Assembly (NCBI GenBank): GCA_963726455.1
Contig: CAVSCK010000001.1
Coordinates: 1 to 64,000 of the forward strand
DNA from: an uncultured bacterium
Lineage (GTDB): Bacteria; Zixibacteria; MSB-5A5; CAIYYT01
Length of the DNA stretch: 64,000 bases
Reading direction: 5' to 3'
Below the pieces are notes generated by a model. It ran no database searches. It saw only the letters and a list, made by a program, of their open reading frames with translations, and was not told the origin of the DNA. Position 1 is the first letter of the stretch, and each line of letters opens with the position of its first letter. Made by a program: the position numbers and the translations under genes. Shown piece by piece: positions 1 through 9,818 of this stretch.

Positions 1-475
1 GGCATGGCTGACCAGGGCGACGTGTTACTCCGGCCTCACGAACCATGTCCTGATCCTCGAGCAACCTGCCGAGAGCCGGCCGCTGGCGAAGGACACGGAA
101 GAACCCCGGCGACGCGATCGCTGCGAACCTGATAGGTGCCCGTCGAGTCATGTCCGATGAACGGCTCGCTGCGCCCGACGCCGGCGCTGTCGAGCGCGCG
201 ACTCGCTCCCGCCCAGTCGGCGACGTTCGCCGGCGACGCCCCGCAGTGGTCGCCGATGCTCGCGTTGGTCTCGCACAGCATCAGCGCGCGCGCGGAGTCG
301 GGGAACGGCAGCGGCCGCAGCACGATCCCGTTGACGACGGTGAACATCGCGGACGTGGCGCCCACCGCGAGGGCGATGGTGGCGACAACGGCAGCGGTGA
401 AGGAAGGAGTCCGGCAGCTTGAAACCCGTAGCGGACGTCCTGCGCCATTTCCTCGGCAAGTCGAGCGGTTGTCAT
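1..475 (-). pseudogene. ABC transporter permease (MacB/FtsX-like, Acidobacterial ADOP type), N-terminal part; frameshifted and running off the window
   Basis: MTTARLAEEMAQDVRYGF in one frame continues as TPSFTAAVVATIALAVGATSAMFTVVNGIVLRPLPFPD in another, which is the typical N-terminus of this family. GAGG RBS upstream. Confidence 0.75.
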
Positions 476-759
476 GTCGGGGTCCTCGCCATCTCCAGGA
501 TCTGCGTGTTCTCGAGGAGGTCGACGTCGTCGCCCCATTGACGTCCACGGGATGGGTGTGGTTGGGGGGATTGACCTCATTGATTCTCGCACACGTCCGA
601 CGGCCGGGCCGGCAAGGCTCGACATCCCAGGCTTGGACGAGGAGACCAGCTCAAACGGGCCCACGGTTCGATCTGCGCCGCCAGACGAACGTTCACCGCG
701 TCGCCACGACCGCAGCGTCAGACCTGCCGAACAAGCTGACGAGCACGTCGCGCAAGTGG

Positions 760-1897
760 TTACGCCATGTCACAGCGCTGTGGCCCTCCGGCACTTCCGC
801 GTAGTTCACGATGTGTCCGGCGTCGGCCAAGCGCCTGCCCCACGGCGCGCGCGGTCGGGAGGTTCGCGTGGTCTAGCCGGCCGGCCAGGATTGCCACGTG
901 CAGGCGAGCGTCGCGATGCCCGGCGATGGCCACGATGTCGGCACGGCTGATCTCCGGCCCGGAATCAGCAGGCCCAGCGGCCGAACGCGCCCGGGAACTT
1001 GGAGGGCGATGTCGAGAGCGTCTTTCGCTCCGTAGGAAATGGCGAGGATGGCGTGCGCGTCCCCGCTCCCGGCGACGCCGTACCGCGACCGGAGCCACGT
1101 CAGCAGCCGCCCGGCGATGAACTCTGTCATCGGAGCGCCGGAGCAGGACTCGTCCCCATGCGACTTCGGGCCGACGAATGCCGCCATGATCGGCGGGATT
1201 TCGCGACGCCCGATCAGCCAGTCGAGCACCCGCGACATCGGGCCCGAGCGCAGGTCGAGGAACACCGCCACTGGGTAGCCTGCGGCGTCCTGATGACCAA
1301 CGGGCGTATAGACCATGACCTTGCACGGACCCTCGATGGCGGCTTCGCTCACCACCCCGGCTGGGGACGAGGGAGGGTCCGAGAATTCCGGAGGCGGCAC
1401 GAGCCGGGCGTACGGGTAACCGGAATGCAGCTGCCCCCCCGACCTGCGGTCCCGCGCTCCGGCGGCTGGATGGACGGGTCGAACCGGTAGTCGGTCTGAC
1501 CGTAAGCGATTCGGTACTCGATGCGTGCGCGGGGCGCGACGTTCGCCCGGAGTGAATACCAATTGGCTACCCCCACGCGCGTCATCGTGCCGGCCGTGAA
1601 GTCGCTGCCGTCGATGTGCTCGCCCCATCCGGTCACGTCCGACACGACGCGGGGCGCCTGACCGCCGACACTCCGCGCGAGGAACGTCACGGGCGTTTCG
1701 CCGCTCGACACAGGCTCGCCCATGATTGGCGTAATCCTTCGGCCGGCCTCGACCTCCGTCATGGCCTCCTGGACGGCGCGAATTGCTCGGTCGGGATCCT
1801 GACGTCCGCGCACGACCAGCGCGCGCGCCGCCCAGACGCCGGACGCAACAACGGCGCCAATGATGAGGAGGACGACGATACGGGTCCGGCGGCGCAT
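760..1897 (-). pseudogene. Secreted Fes-like alpha/beta esterase with N-terminal Ig/CBM48-like domain; several frameshifts
   Basis: Signal/anchor MRRRTRIVVLLIIG; VVSDVTGW...ARIEYRIAY...DP; then VMVYTPVG...GYPVAVFLD...IPPIMAAFV and a nucleophile-elbow-like AISYG in the next frame. The 3' end is approximate. Confidence 0.65.
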
Positions 1898-1981
1898 GGT
1901 AACTGCTTAGACGCCGCTGACGCCCGACAGGGGCCGATGCCGAGGCGGACGCCAGGCGAGAGATGGTGCAGCCCGGAACTG

Positions 1982-2874
1982 CTACGATTTCACCGCCACC
2001 ATTCGGACCATCGGCGTCCCGGGGCCGCCCCAGTCGGCCAGGTCGGTCAGTTCCTCGTAGCGCTCCAGCCGGAACCCCTTGAACGCGTCGCGCAGTTGCC
2101 CTGGTTTCAGCGCGTGCATGGCCGGCGGCCTGGGCGCCGTCGGGTCGTCGAGGAAGTGCTCGAACACGATTCGCCCGTTCGGCTTGAGCGACGTCCGGAG
2201 CCTGTCGACGAACGCCGGGTCGTCCACCGGGGCCCATGCGAAGATGAGGACGATTAGGTCCCACTTGGCCGTGCCGAAGTCGAAGTCGGCGTAGCTGGCC
2301 TTGACGGCGTCGAGCCGGACGCCGGCCTTCGCGGCGTTGGCTCCGGCGGCCTTGAGTGCCTGGCCGGACACGTCGAAGCCGGTCACCTTCCAGCCCTGCG
2401 TCGCCAGGTAGACCGCGTTCCGTCCCTGTCCCATTCCGCCGTCGAGCGCGGTGCCCGGCGTCAGGCCCCTCGCGGCCCCCATGACGATCGCGCTCGGTGT
2501 GGATGCGAAACCGTCGGTCGGCGGATCGCCGGTGACGGCCTCGACGTGTTGAAAGTCCTTGTCGTAGAACCCCTCCACCCAGTCGGAGCGGCCGCTCATG
2601 ATCCTGCGCATCAGCACGGCGGTCTGGCGCTTGACCTCATCGGCGGGTGTCCCGGAGGCCTGCAAGGATGCGGCGTACGGTCCGATCGGGTTGCCGGGGC
2701 GGACGGCGGGGACGTCCGGCACCAGGCAAGGAACGCTTTCCACACCGCCTCGTCGTCCTGCGGCGGCTGGGCGCCCGCGCCGGCGGCGCACGCCAGCACG
2801 ACGACGGCTGCCGCCAGGACCCACAGCTTGATCCGCTTGATCTCTTGGCCCACATGCTCCTCCGCCTTGGTCAT
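1982..2874 (-). pseudogene. Class I SAM-dependent methyltransferase (TehB-like) with signal peptide; frameshift near 2700
   Basis: ALDGGMGQGRNAVYLATQGWKVTGFDVS motif. The signal peptide LWVLAAAVVVLACAAGAGA is in a different frame (ORF 2611-2874). Confidence 0.75.
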
Positions 2875-2999
2875 GGCGGCCCACTCTCGCCTCCGTCACC
2901 ACGATTGGACGCGGCCGGAGACGCATCGGCAATGGCGCGGAAGAAGGAAGAGCGGCCGCTACCACTTTGTGGGCAGTGCCCGCGTGCGGCAACCTCACG

Positions 3000-3848
3000 G
3001 TGCGCGCACTCGTGATCGGCTACTTCTTCGTGCTGGCCGTGCTCGCCGCCTTGCCGTGTGCGTGGCGCACCGGCTGCAGGCCCGCTTCCGCCAGCCGTGG
3101 CTGGCTCCGTACACGCTCTTCCTTGCCTCCTGGGGCGCCGTCGTCCTGCTCTCGGTCGTGCAGTACATGCTGGCCTGGAGGGCCGCTGTCACGGACGTTT
3201 ACCGTCACCTACGTGACACTCTGGACCGTTGCGGGCGTGACGATTCTCGGTCGGCAGCGTTCTGTTGGCGAGCAGCCGCGCGAAGCGCTCGGATCGCCGG
3301 GGCCATCGTCACGCTGCTGTTCAAGGTGGGCGTCATGTACGGCTCGATCGCCCGCGCCTTGCTGGCTATCCGGCGGATCGACGACCCGCTGGAGCGCGCG
3401 GCGGCTCCGCCGGTTCGTCCTGCTGCAGTGGGCGGCCTCCTCGCATTCGAGTTCGCGGTGCGCGACGTCACGTCGCTCGCCGGCCTGCACACGCCCGACG
3501 CGGTCATCTCGCTCGTGCCAGGTGGGCGGGACCTACCCGGCGCTCTTGGGGCTTGGGATCTTCCTGCGCCGTCGCGCGGTGGCCCGGCCGGCCGAGCCGC
3601 TTGCGGCCAACCTGAAGGCGGACCTCGTCTCCCTCGGCCTCTCGGCACGCGAGGCCGACGTCGTCGAACTCCTGCTGATCGGCCTCAGCCACAAGGAAAT
3701 CGGCGAGCGGCTGTTCATCTCCCCCGAGACGGTGAAGAAGCACACCTACAACGCCCACCGGAAACTCGGCGTGCAGAACCGGGTGCAACTGAGCTACTTC
3801 GTCCAGAACCGGGTGGCGCGAAGGGACGGGAACTCAACGCCGAAATGA
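3000..3848 (+). pseudogene. Membrane-anchored LuxR-family transcriptional regulator; internal frameshifts
   Basis: C-terminal GLSAREADVVELLLIGLSHKEIGERLFISPETVKKHTYNAHRKLGVQNR HTH. Hydrophobic segments alternate between frames. Confidence 0.75.
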
Positions 3849-3915
3849 GCGGGTGCTTGGATGCGGTAGGTGATGGGACAGGAGATCCGGCGACGTGAAA
3901 GGCGAGCGCGGGCCT

Positions 3916-4296
3916 CTACAGTCGCGTCGCCCCGTCCAGCTTGCTGAGATCCCGATCGAACGTGCCCAGCGGCAGATGTCCGGCTTTTCGCGCGAGTTCG
4001 AGGAGGAGGCAATCCGAGAATCCGAGCGCCGGCCGTCGCCGGAATGTCTCGAGGGCCGCCGCCACGGCCTCCGGCTCCTGGAGCGTGAGACTCTGATGGT
4101 TCAGGAGCATCTCAACCGCCCGAGCGACCTGAGCCGCGTCGCGGTCGTAGACGGCCGCGAGCACCCACGTGGCTTCGGCGAGGGCGAGCACCGACACCCA
4201 CGCGCCGGGTTGCACGAACGCGTCGGCGACGGCCGCCTGCTTCGGCTCGTCCCGCGTCAGCAGCCGCACGAGGACATTCGTGTCAACCGCGCGCAT
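3916..4296 (-). CDS. vapC: VapC-family PIN-domain toxin
   Basis: MRAVDTNVLVR...LAE...FSDCLL...TFDRDL PIN acidic residues; overlaps the antitoxin gene. Confidence 0.9.
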   Translation of the reverse strand: MRAVDTNVLVRLLTRDEPKQAAVADAFVQPGAWVSVLALAEATWVLAAVYDRDAAQVARAVEMLLNHQSLTLQEPEAVAAALETFRRRPALGFSDCLLLELARKAGHLPLGTFDRDLSKLDGATRL

Positions 4297-4546
4297 GGCG
4301 TGCCCGGACGTGCTTCCGGACACCTTCCTTCAGCTCGGTCATCGACCGTGGTTGCGGGTTCTCGCGCCCGAAGAGCGCCCGATGTATGTCCGCGGACGTG
4401 TACCGCCCGGACCGCCTGACCACGACGGCGTTCCCCTCTTCGTTCCATTCCAGCACGGAACCCGGCCCGACCCCGAGCCTCCGCCGCACCTCCGCCGGGA
4501 TGGACACCTGCCCTTGCGCCGTCACCCGAGATCGTGCAAGTGGCAT
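4283..4546 (-). CDS. vapB: AbrB/MazE/SpoVT-family antitoxin (VapB)
   Basis: SRVTAQGQVSIPAEVRRRLGVGPGSVLEW swapped-hairpin motif directly upstream of vapC. Confidence 0.9.
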   Translation of the reverse strand: MPLARSRVTAQGQVSIPAEVRRRLGVGPGSVLEWNEEGNAVVVRRSGRYTSADIHRALFGRENPQPRSMTELKEGVRKHVRARHARG

Positions 4547-4653
4547 GGATGCACATTACCACGGTAATGCAGTTTCTCTGCAAATCCTCCGGATGGTGTC
4601 CCCAATTGGGACGGCGGAGGAGGAAAGGAGTGTCCGCCCACCGCCCCAGTGGG

Positions 4654-4892
4654 TCATCGACTCACTCGCCGGACTTGGACACGGGCCGTACCGAGACGAG
4701 GGACGGAGAGGCCACGCGACATGCGGAGGAGTACCCATTCCTCCACAATCTCTGCCAGTTGATCGCGACAGGTCTCGAGTGTGGCGGCTGTGGCAATGAC
4801 ACCGGGAAGCCCGCCACCGTCGCGCAGTACACGTTGCCGTCCACGAGCGAGGAAGCCCTGTGCAGGGCTTCCTCGATGTAGTTGCGAATCAT
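4654..4892 (-). pseudogene. hicB: HicB-family antitoxin, frameshifted
   Basis: MIRNYIEEALHRA...YCATV joined across frames to GLPGVIATAATLETCRDQLAEIVEEWVLLRMSRGLSVP. Confidence 0.7.
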
Positions 4893-5107
4893 GGTTCGAC
4901 CGGGTCGGGCAGGTGCGTCGGAAGTGGCCAGCCTCGCGTGCGCATCGCGTCCAGGTCCCTTCGAGCGCATCCCGGATGCCGCGCCGGGCTTCTTCGGCCT
5001 GGGTATCGGCAGAGGCGTAGACGCCAGGCAGGTCCGGCACATGCGCGCTGACGGTTCCGAGGATTCTCGCGCCGAAACACGACGGCGAAGTTCTGACTCG
5101 TGCTCAT
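4889..5107 (-). pseudogene. hicB: Second HicB-family antitoxin, frameshifted
   Basis: MSTSQNFAVVF, PDLPGVYASADTQAEEARRGIRDAL and GWPLP lie in shifting frames; ATGA overlap with the downstream hicB. Confidence 0.65.
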
Positions 5108-5447
5108 GTCTCGATTTCGGAGTTTCGTGTTGGCGGGATTGAGGGTGACGATTCCCGCCTCGCACTCATTCTCGGCCTCACGTGGCGAACCTGCAACTGC
5201 TGAGCGAAGGACTGTGTGCGAAGGAGTGCTGATTGACGACGCTGGTGGTGTCCTGTGCAAACCTGGTGCCGGAACGGCTTGCAAACTCGTTGCAAGCGAC
5301 GGCCGAGTGAGCCGTTGGCCGTCCGCTTGGTCGCCGCCAGAACTTCCTGGTTCGAATGGACTTGCGGACCTCGACCAGCGTGGAACCCATCGCCGCGCCC
5401 ACCGGCCTCCGTGCTGGAAGGGTACACGGCCGGATTCCACATTGACG

Positions 5448-5460
5448 TAAGTAATTGATT
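5448..5460 (-). promoter_or_regulatory. IHF consensus site beside the IS end
   Basis: AATCAATTACTTA on the minus strand matches WATCAANNNNTTR exactly, in an AT-rich patch of otherwise GC-rich DNA. Confidence 0.45.
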
Positions 5461-5466
5461 ATTAAC

Positions 5467-5730
5467 TGTCCTTCCTGAGACAGGGGTAACACTCTATACC
5501 GGAGACATGGGTGACACTCTAGCCCTCTTCGCCAAGGAGGGGGCATGCCGTGGAAGGAGTGTCACGTCATGGACGAGCGCGTCCGCTTCATCAGCCGGTT
5601 GCTCGACGGCGAGCAGATGGCCCGGCTCTGCGCTGAGTTCGGGATCTCCCGGAAGACCGGCTACAAGATTTACCGCCTGGTACAAGGGCTGCGGGGTCGA
5701 GGGACTCACGGACCGCAGCCGCCGGCGTGA
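5467..5730 (+). mobile_element. Truncated IS481-family element: left end plus N-terminal transposase fragment (5545-5730)
   Basis: Begins TGT; subterminal repeats GAGACAGGGGTAACACTCTA (5477-5496) and GAGACATGGGTGACACTCTA (5502-5521); MPWKECHVMDERVRFISRLLDGEQMARLCAEFGISRKTGYK is a typical IS481 HTH. Confidence 0.85.
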
Positions 5731-5754
5731 CAGGCGCGACCGAGTGACGGCACC

Positions 5755-6354
5755 ATGCGGCCGACCCCGGAGACGGGGTCGGCTGTCATGTCTCAGCGCC
5801 GCTGGAGGCTTGCAAGGGCCCCTCGTCCCGGGAGTCTTGCAGATTCTTGCAAAGGAGATTCCGCCCTTGAAGTGCTGCTGCTGCGGTCTCACGGAAACGC
5901 CGCTGCTAATGCTAATGCGAGCCGAACGCCGGGAGCGAGGCTTCCGGCTGATCACGATCCGCACCCAATCATCCTGTTTGACGGTGAGTGTATCCTCTGC
6001 AATCGTACCGTCGATTTTGTTCTACGCCACGACGACCACAAGCTATTTCGCTTCGCGACGATTCAGTCTGATGTGGGAAGTTGGCTGGCCAGGCATTATG
6101 GATTGCCTTCTGCGCCGATGTCGTCAGTCTACCTGATAGATCGAGGGCAGGTGTACTCCAAATCGCAGGCAGTGATCGGGATTGCGCGCCAATTACAGGG
6201 CTTGCGACTGACTCACTTCATGCTAAAGCATGTGCCGAGGTTCCTGCGAGACTTCGCCTACGATATCATTGCGAAACATCGCTACGCCTGGTTCGGAAAA
6301 CAACCGATGTGCCGCGTACCGACCAAAGATGATGCTGAACGGTTCTTGCGGTAG
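5755..6354 (+). CDS. DCC-family (DUF393/YuxK) thiol-disulfide oxidoreductase; true start probably downstream of 5755
   Basis: IILFDGECILCN (DxxCxxC) and RDFAYDIIAKHRYAWFGK...C. Confidence 0.85.
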   Translation: MRPTPETGSAVMSQRRWRLARAPRPGSLADSCKGDSALEVLLLRSHGNAAANANASRTPGARLPADHDPHPIILFDGECILCNRTVDFVLRHDDHKLFRFATIQSDVGSWLARHYGLPSAPMSSVYLIDRGQVYSKSQAVIGIARQLQGLRLTHFMLKHVPRFLRDFAYDIIAKHRYAWFGKQPMCRVPTKDDAERFLR

Positions 6355-6417
6355 GAGTTCGAGGAATAAGGGCCAACGGAGCGAATGGCATCCGCCCGAT
6401 GGCCCTTATCTATACTG

Positions 6418-8376
6418 CTACTTGCAGCCCGGAGCGGGGGCGCCCCCAAATATGTATGCGATTAAGTACACCGCATCCGAGATGTCGACAAACCCGTCGC
6501 ACGAGCTGTCGCCCGCCAGGAACGGATTTGGTGCTGCACCACCGCCGAAGATATATTCGATCAGGTAGACCGCATCCGCGATATCAATGATCTTATCTCC
6601 ATTGGCATCGCCGGGTACATAGTCGCGTATCCCGACAATGGCGATGTCGTCGAGGTTCCAACCACCCAGTTGCAGGCCGACATCGCTCTGCAATTCAAAA
6701 CGAATCTTGGCTGTGCCGTCGCCCTCCACGTATGGCGATATATCGAAATCCTGAAAATACCAACGGGAATTGACCATGTCGTAATCAGGATCATTTTGCC
6801 AGATTGTATATCCGTTCACCAGGACACGCGCCTGGTCGTAAATGCCTTTCTCAATGGACAGCCACCGGTCGAAGCAAAGCCGCGCATGTGAAATGTTACT
6901 GCAGTTAATCACCCGTGATTCGACATAATTTCCGGCGTTGGCTGCATAGTCGCCGCCGATGTTATTGCCCATGATGTTACTGCCGGAATGAGCGGTTTTG
7001 GCGTCGGACTTGCCCACTCCCGACGGCTTTCCGAACTGCCAGTCATCAAGTGTGCCGCCATGAGTCCAGTTCGACGAACCTGATTCCAGACCGTCGACGA
7101 ACACTGTGTCGAAGTGGCCCACATAATCATGAAAGTTGCAGTCGAAAATGCCCTGCGCGCACGTAACCTGCATCGTGAAATCCATGCGCGAACCGGGAAC
7201 GACTGCGCTGTCAAGCGTGATCGAAAAATGCGGTGCCGCGCTGAACTTCACCTGATCGAAAGGAATTGAGGGGAATGTTGCCACGGAATCCGAAATCAAT
7301 ATACCCGCCGTCGGGCTGCGCAGAATCGCAGAGACGTTGTATGCCGTAGTCAGGCCGATATTCTTGACGGCTACTGACATCGTAAGATCCATTCCCGGAT
7401 CGGGCACGTTGTCGTCGCCTCCATAGGGGTTCGAGAACTGGTGAAACTCGTAATTCAGGGTCACCGGATCGGGAGGATAGATGGGCAGCACGGTGCCGCG
7501 GCCAATATCGCTGTCGCCCCACTTGATATAGAAATAACCGGCCAGATTGCCCCAGCCCTGACCCCAGCTATTCTTACAAATCCACGCTCCCTGTCCCGTC
7601 CCACAGAAATTGTCATCCCATCCGACAACGACAATAATGTGACCACCGGCCACTCCGCCCCAGGTATGCTGATAACAACCACTGGTGTAATTGAAGAAAT
7701 CATCATAGACGGTGAAACCGGTTGCCACCGGGCCGGTCATCAGCGCCTGCTTTATCGAGTTCACATCGTCTGCGACATTGACCCAGGTCTTAAGTTTGAC
7801 CGCCACCGGACATTGATCTTGTGTGCAGGGCAGATCGGCCTGCTGGTAGGGCATGCACGATTCGAGCACGGCGCCGTAACGTTGGAATAGTTCGTACACC
7901 GGTTCGATCCAACCGCCGGCGCAAGTGGAGCCGTAAACGTTGCACGACAATGGCTGCTGCTCGGCCAGGTCGTAAACAATGCCGTCATGTTTCTTGATCG
8001 CCGCCTCAAATGCGCCCGTCGCGCCGAAAGCCCAGCAACTACCGCAACCGCCCTGATTCTTGACCGGCGTGACAATACCTGAATCGCGCCAATCAAAGGC
8101 CGTCGGAAAAACCATCTTCGGATCAGCCGTCAGTTTCGGCTGCTTGGCCAGCCACTCATCATATCCCATTGGAGGAACAAAGCCCAGCCAATGCTGCCGT
8201 TCTTCGGCAGGCAGGTCGGACAAAGTTGTTCGTCCGGCAACCCAGCGATAACCCTTGGAATCGATCAGTTGCTGCATCGCCGCAATATCGGCATCAGTAG
8301 CAGGTTGATTACTTTGCGCGAAGAGACCGCTGACAAGCACGAAAGAGAAGAACAACAGCGATAGCTTTTGAATCAT
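6418..8376 (-). CDS. Secreted papain-family (C1A) cysteine peptidase with C-terminal dockerin-like domain
   Basis: FDWRD...VKNQGGCGSCWAF, GGH, WICKNSWG catalytic motifs; signal peptide MIQKLSLLFF; AGGAG RBS; duplicated GDANGD...DAVYLI repeat. Confidence 0.92.
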   Translation of the reverse strand: MIQKLSLLFFSFVLVSGLFAQSNQPATDADIAAMQQLIDSKGYRWVAGRTTLSDLPAEERQHWLGFVPPMGYDEWLAKQPKLTADPKMVFPTAFDWRDSGIVTPVKNQGGCGSCWAFGATGAFEAAIKKHDGIVYDLAEQQPLSCNVYGSTCAGGWIEPVYELFQRYGAVLESCMPYQQADLPCTQDQCPVAVKLKTWVNVADDVNSIKQALMTGPVATGFTVYDDFFNYTSGCYQHTWGGVAGGHIIVVVGWDDNFCGTGQGAWICKNSWGQGWGNLAGYFYIKWGDSDIGRGTVLPIYPPDPVTLNYEFHQFSNPYGGDDNVPDPGMDLTMSVAVKNIGLTTAYNVSAILRSPTAGILISDSVATFPSIPFDQVKFSAAPHFSITLDSAVVPGSRMDFTMQVTCAQGIFDCNFHDYVGHFDTVFVDGLESGSSNWTHGGTLDDWQFGKPSGVGKSDAKTAHSGSNIMGNNIGGDYAANAGNYVESRVINCSNISHARLCFDRWLSIEKGIYDQARVLVNGYTIWQNDPDYDMVNSRWYFQDFDISPYVEGDGTAKIRFELQSDVGLQLGGWNLDDIAIVGIRDYVPGDANGDKIIDIADAVYLIEYIFGGGAAPNPFLAGDSSCDGFVDISDAVYLIAYIFGGAPAPGCK

Positions 8377-8490
8377 GTTATGCTCCTGAAGACGTTTGTG
8401 ATAGTACCGCCTATATATAAATGTCATGGAGCTATTTGTCAAGGCTTTAACACGAAATGAGTTGCAGCAATCGCGGGGACCATATAGAAA

Positions 8491-8516
8491 CAGGGCGGCC
8501 TGATACGGCCGCCCTG
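8491..8516 (-). terminator. Intrinsic terminator after the amidohydrolase operon
   Basis: CAGGGCGGCC-tgatac-GGCCGCCCTG perfect 10-bp stem followed by TTTC on the minus strand. Confidence 0.65.
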
Positions 8517-8525
8517 CGCGGATGT

Positions 8526-9818
8526 CTAGTTGGAGGCAGTTTTCTGCCGGTACTTTTCATACAACTGCTTGCCGCGATCGTTCAGGTCGACCTTGCGGCC
8601 CTCAATGAACTCATAAACGACCTTGTTGGTCGGCGGATCAAGTATATCCCCATTCGAGACGACAATTGTCGCCTTTTTGCCGACTTCAAGTGAGCCAAGG
8701 TCTTTGTCCACTCCCAGAATCTCCGCCGTAGAGAGTGTCAGTCCTCGCAACGCCTGATCTGACGTCAGGCCGAAACCGACTGCCTGCGCCGCCTGAAACG
8801 GCAGATTGCGTGATCCTGAGTTCGAGTAGCTGCTGCTGAAACAGAATTTCACTCCGGCATCGGCAAGCAACTTGGGGACCTTGTAGCTGATGTCGTAGTC
8901 TTCATCCTCGCGAATCGGCTCCCGCTGAGTTGCGCCCAGAATCACGGGAATATTATTGGCCTTGAGCAGATCGGTAATTCTCCAGGCGTCGCGGCCGCCG
9001 GAGATGATCATCCGGAAGTCCCACTTCTTCGCGGAATCTATCGCTTGCCTGATCTGACGGGCATCGTCGGCATTGACGAAGACAGGGAGCTCTTTCGAGA
9101 ATACAGGCAGCATTGCTTCCCAACGTTCGTCATGCGCAGCCGCCGGATCGGACTTCTTTGCCAGGTAGTAGGCCTTGGCGTCGGCGAAGGTCTGATCGAG
9201 CCGCTTGAGATTCTCGTCACGCTCTTTCTTCTTCTCCTCCGGCGGGCGTTGATCCCACCAACTCCACCCCGCAGAGGCGCGCGGCCAGTTGACATGAAGC
9301 CCGACGTTGAATTTCTCGGCGGCGTCTTCTTTGTTCCAGCCGTCGAGGTTCATGAGACTGGAGCGTCCACTGATCACGCCGCCCACAGGTGCGACCAGTG
9401 CCGTCGTGATACCGTTGGACCGTACCGTGGGAATGATTTCCGAGTCGGCATTGTATGCGATATGAGATTGGACTTCCGGAGTTACACCACCGACTTCGGT
9501 GGCATCACGGGTAGCGCGGACTTCGCCGATTTCCACCAATCCGATATTCGTAGCGGCATCAATCAAACCCGGATAGATGCGTTTGCCGCTGACATCGATA
9601 ATCTCTGCATTAGCAGGCGCGGTCAGATTCTTGCCGATCTGGGAAATGCGGCCATTTTCGAACAGCAGGTCCGTAGATGTAAGAACTCCGCTCTTAATGG
9701 TGTAGAGATCGCCGCCTTTGAGCAAAATCGGATGATCCTGCTTTTTGCCCGGAACGTAATAATGCGCCAAAGCAACCGAGGTGCAGAGCACTGCCAGGAT
9801 TAGTATAAAGCGTTTCAT
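8526..9818 (-). CDS. Secreted amidohydrolase-family protein (imidazolonepropionase-like) lacking HxH
   Basis: IDVSGKRIYPGLIDAATNIG; GSLEVGKKATIVV; signal peptide; stop/start overlap with the upstream gene. Confidence 0.85.
   Translation of the reverse strand: MKRFILILAVLCTSVALAHYYVPGKKQDHPILLKGGDLYTIKSGVLTSTDLLFENGRISQIGKNLTAPANAEIIDVSGKRIYPGLIDAATNIGLVEIGEVRATRDATEVGGVTPEVQSHIAYNADSEIIPTVRSNGITTALVAPVGGVISGRSSLMNLDGWNKEDAAEKFNVGLHVNWPRASAGWSWWDQRPPEEKKKERDENLKRLDQTFADAKAYYLAKKSDPAAAHDERWEAMLPVFSKELPVFVNADDARQIRQAIDSAKKWDFRMIISGGRDAWRITDLLKANNIPVILGATQREPIREDEDYDISYKVPKLLADAGVKFCFSSSYSNSGSRNLPFQAAQAVGFGLTSDQALRGLTLSTAEILGVDKDLGSLEVGKKATIVVSNGDILDPPTNKVVYEFIEGRKVDLNDRGKQLYEKYRQKTASN

Noticed and set aside
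5255-5855. TTGCA(A) palindromes flanking the IS fragment (~5278-5296 and ~5836-5853) as att or arm sites
   Set aside because: Short and imperfect, with no integrase or tRNA nearby. Cannot be distinguished from chance.
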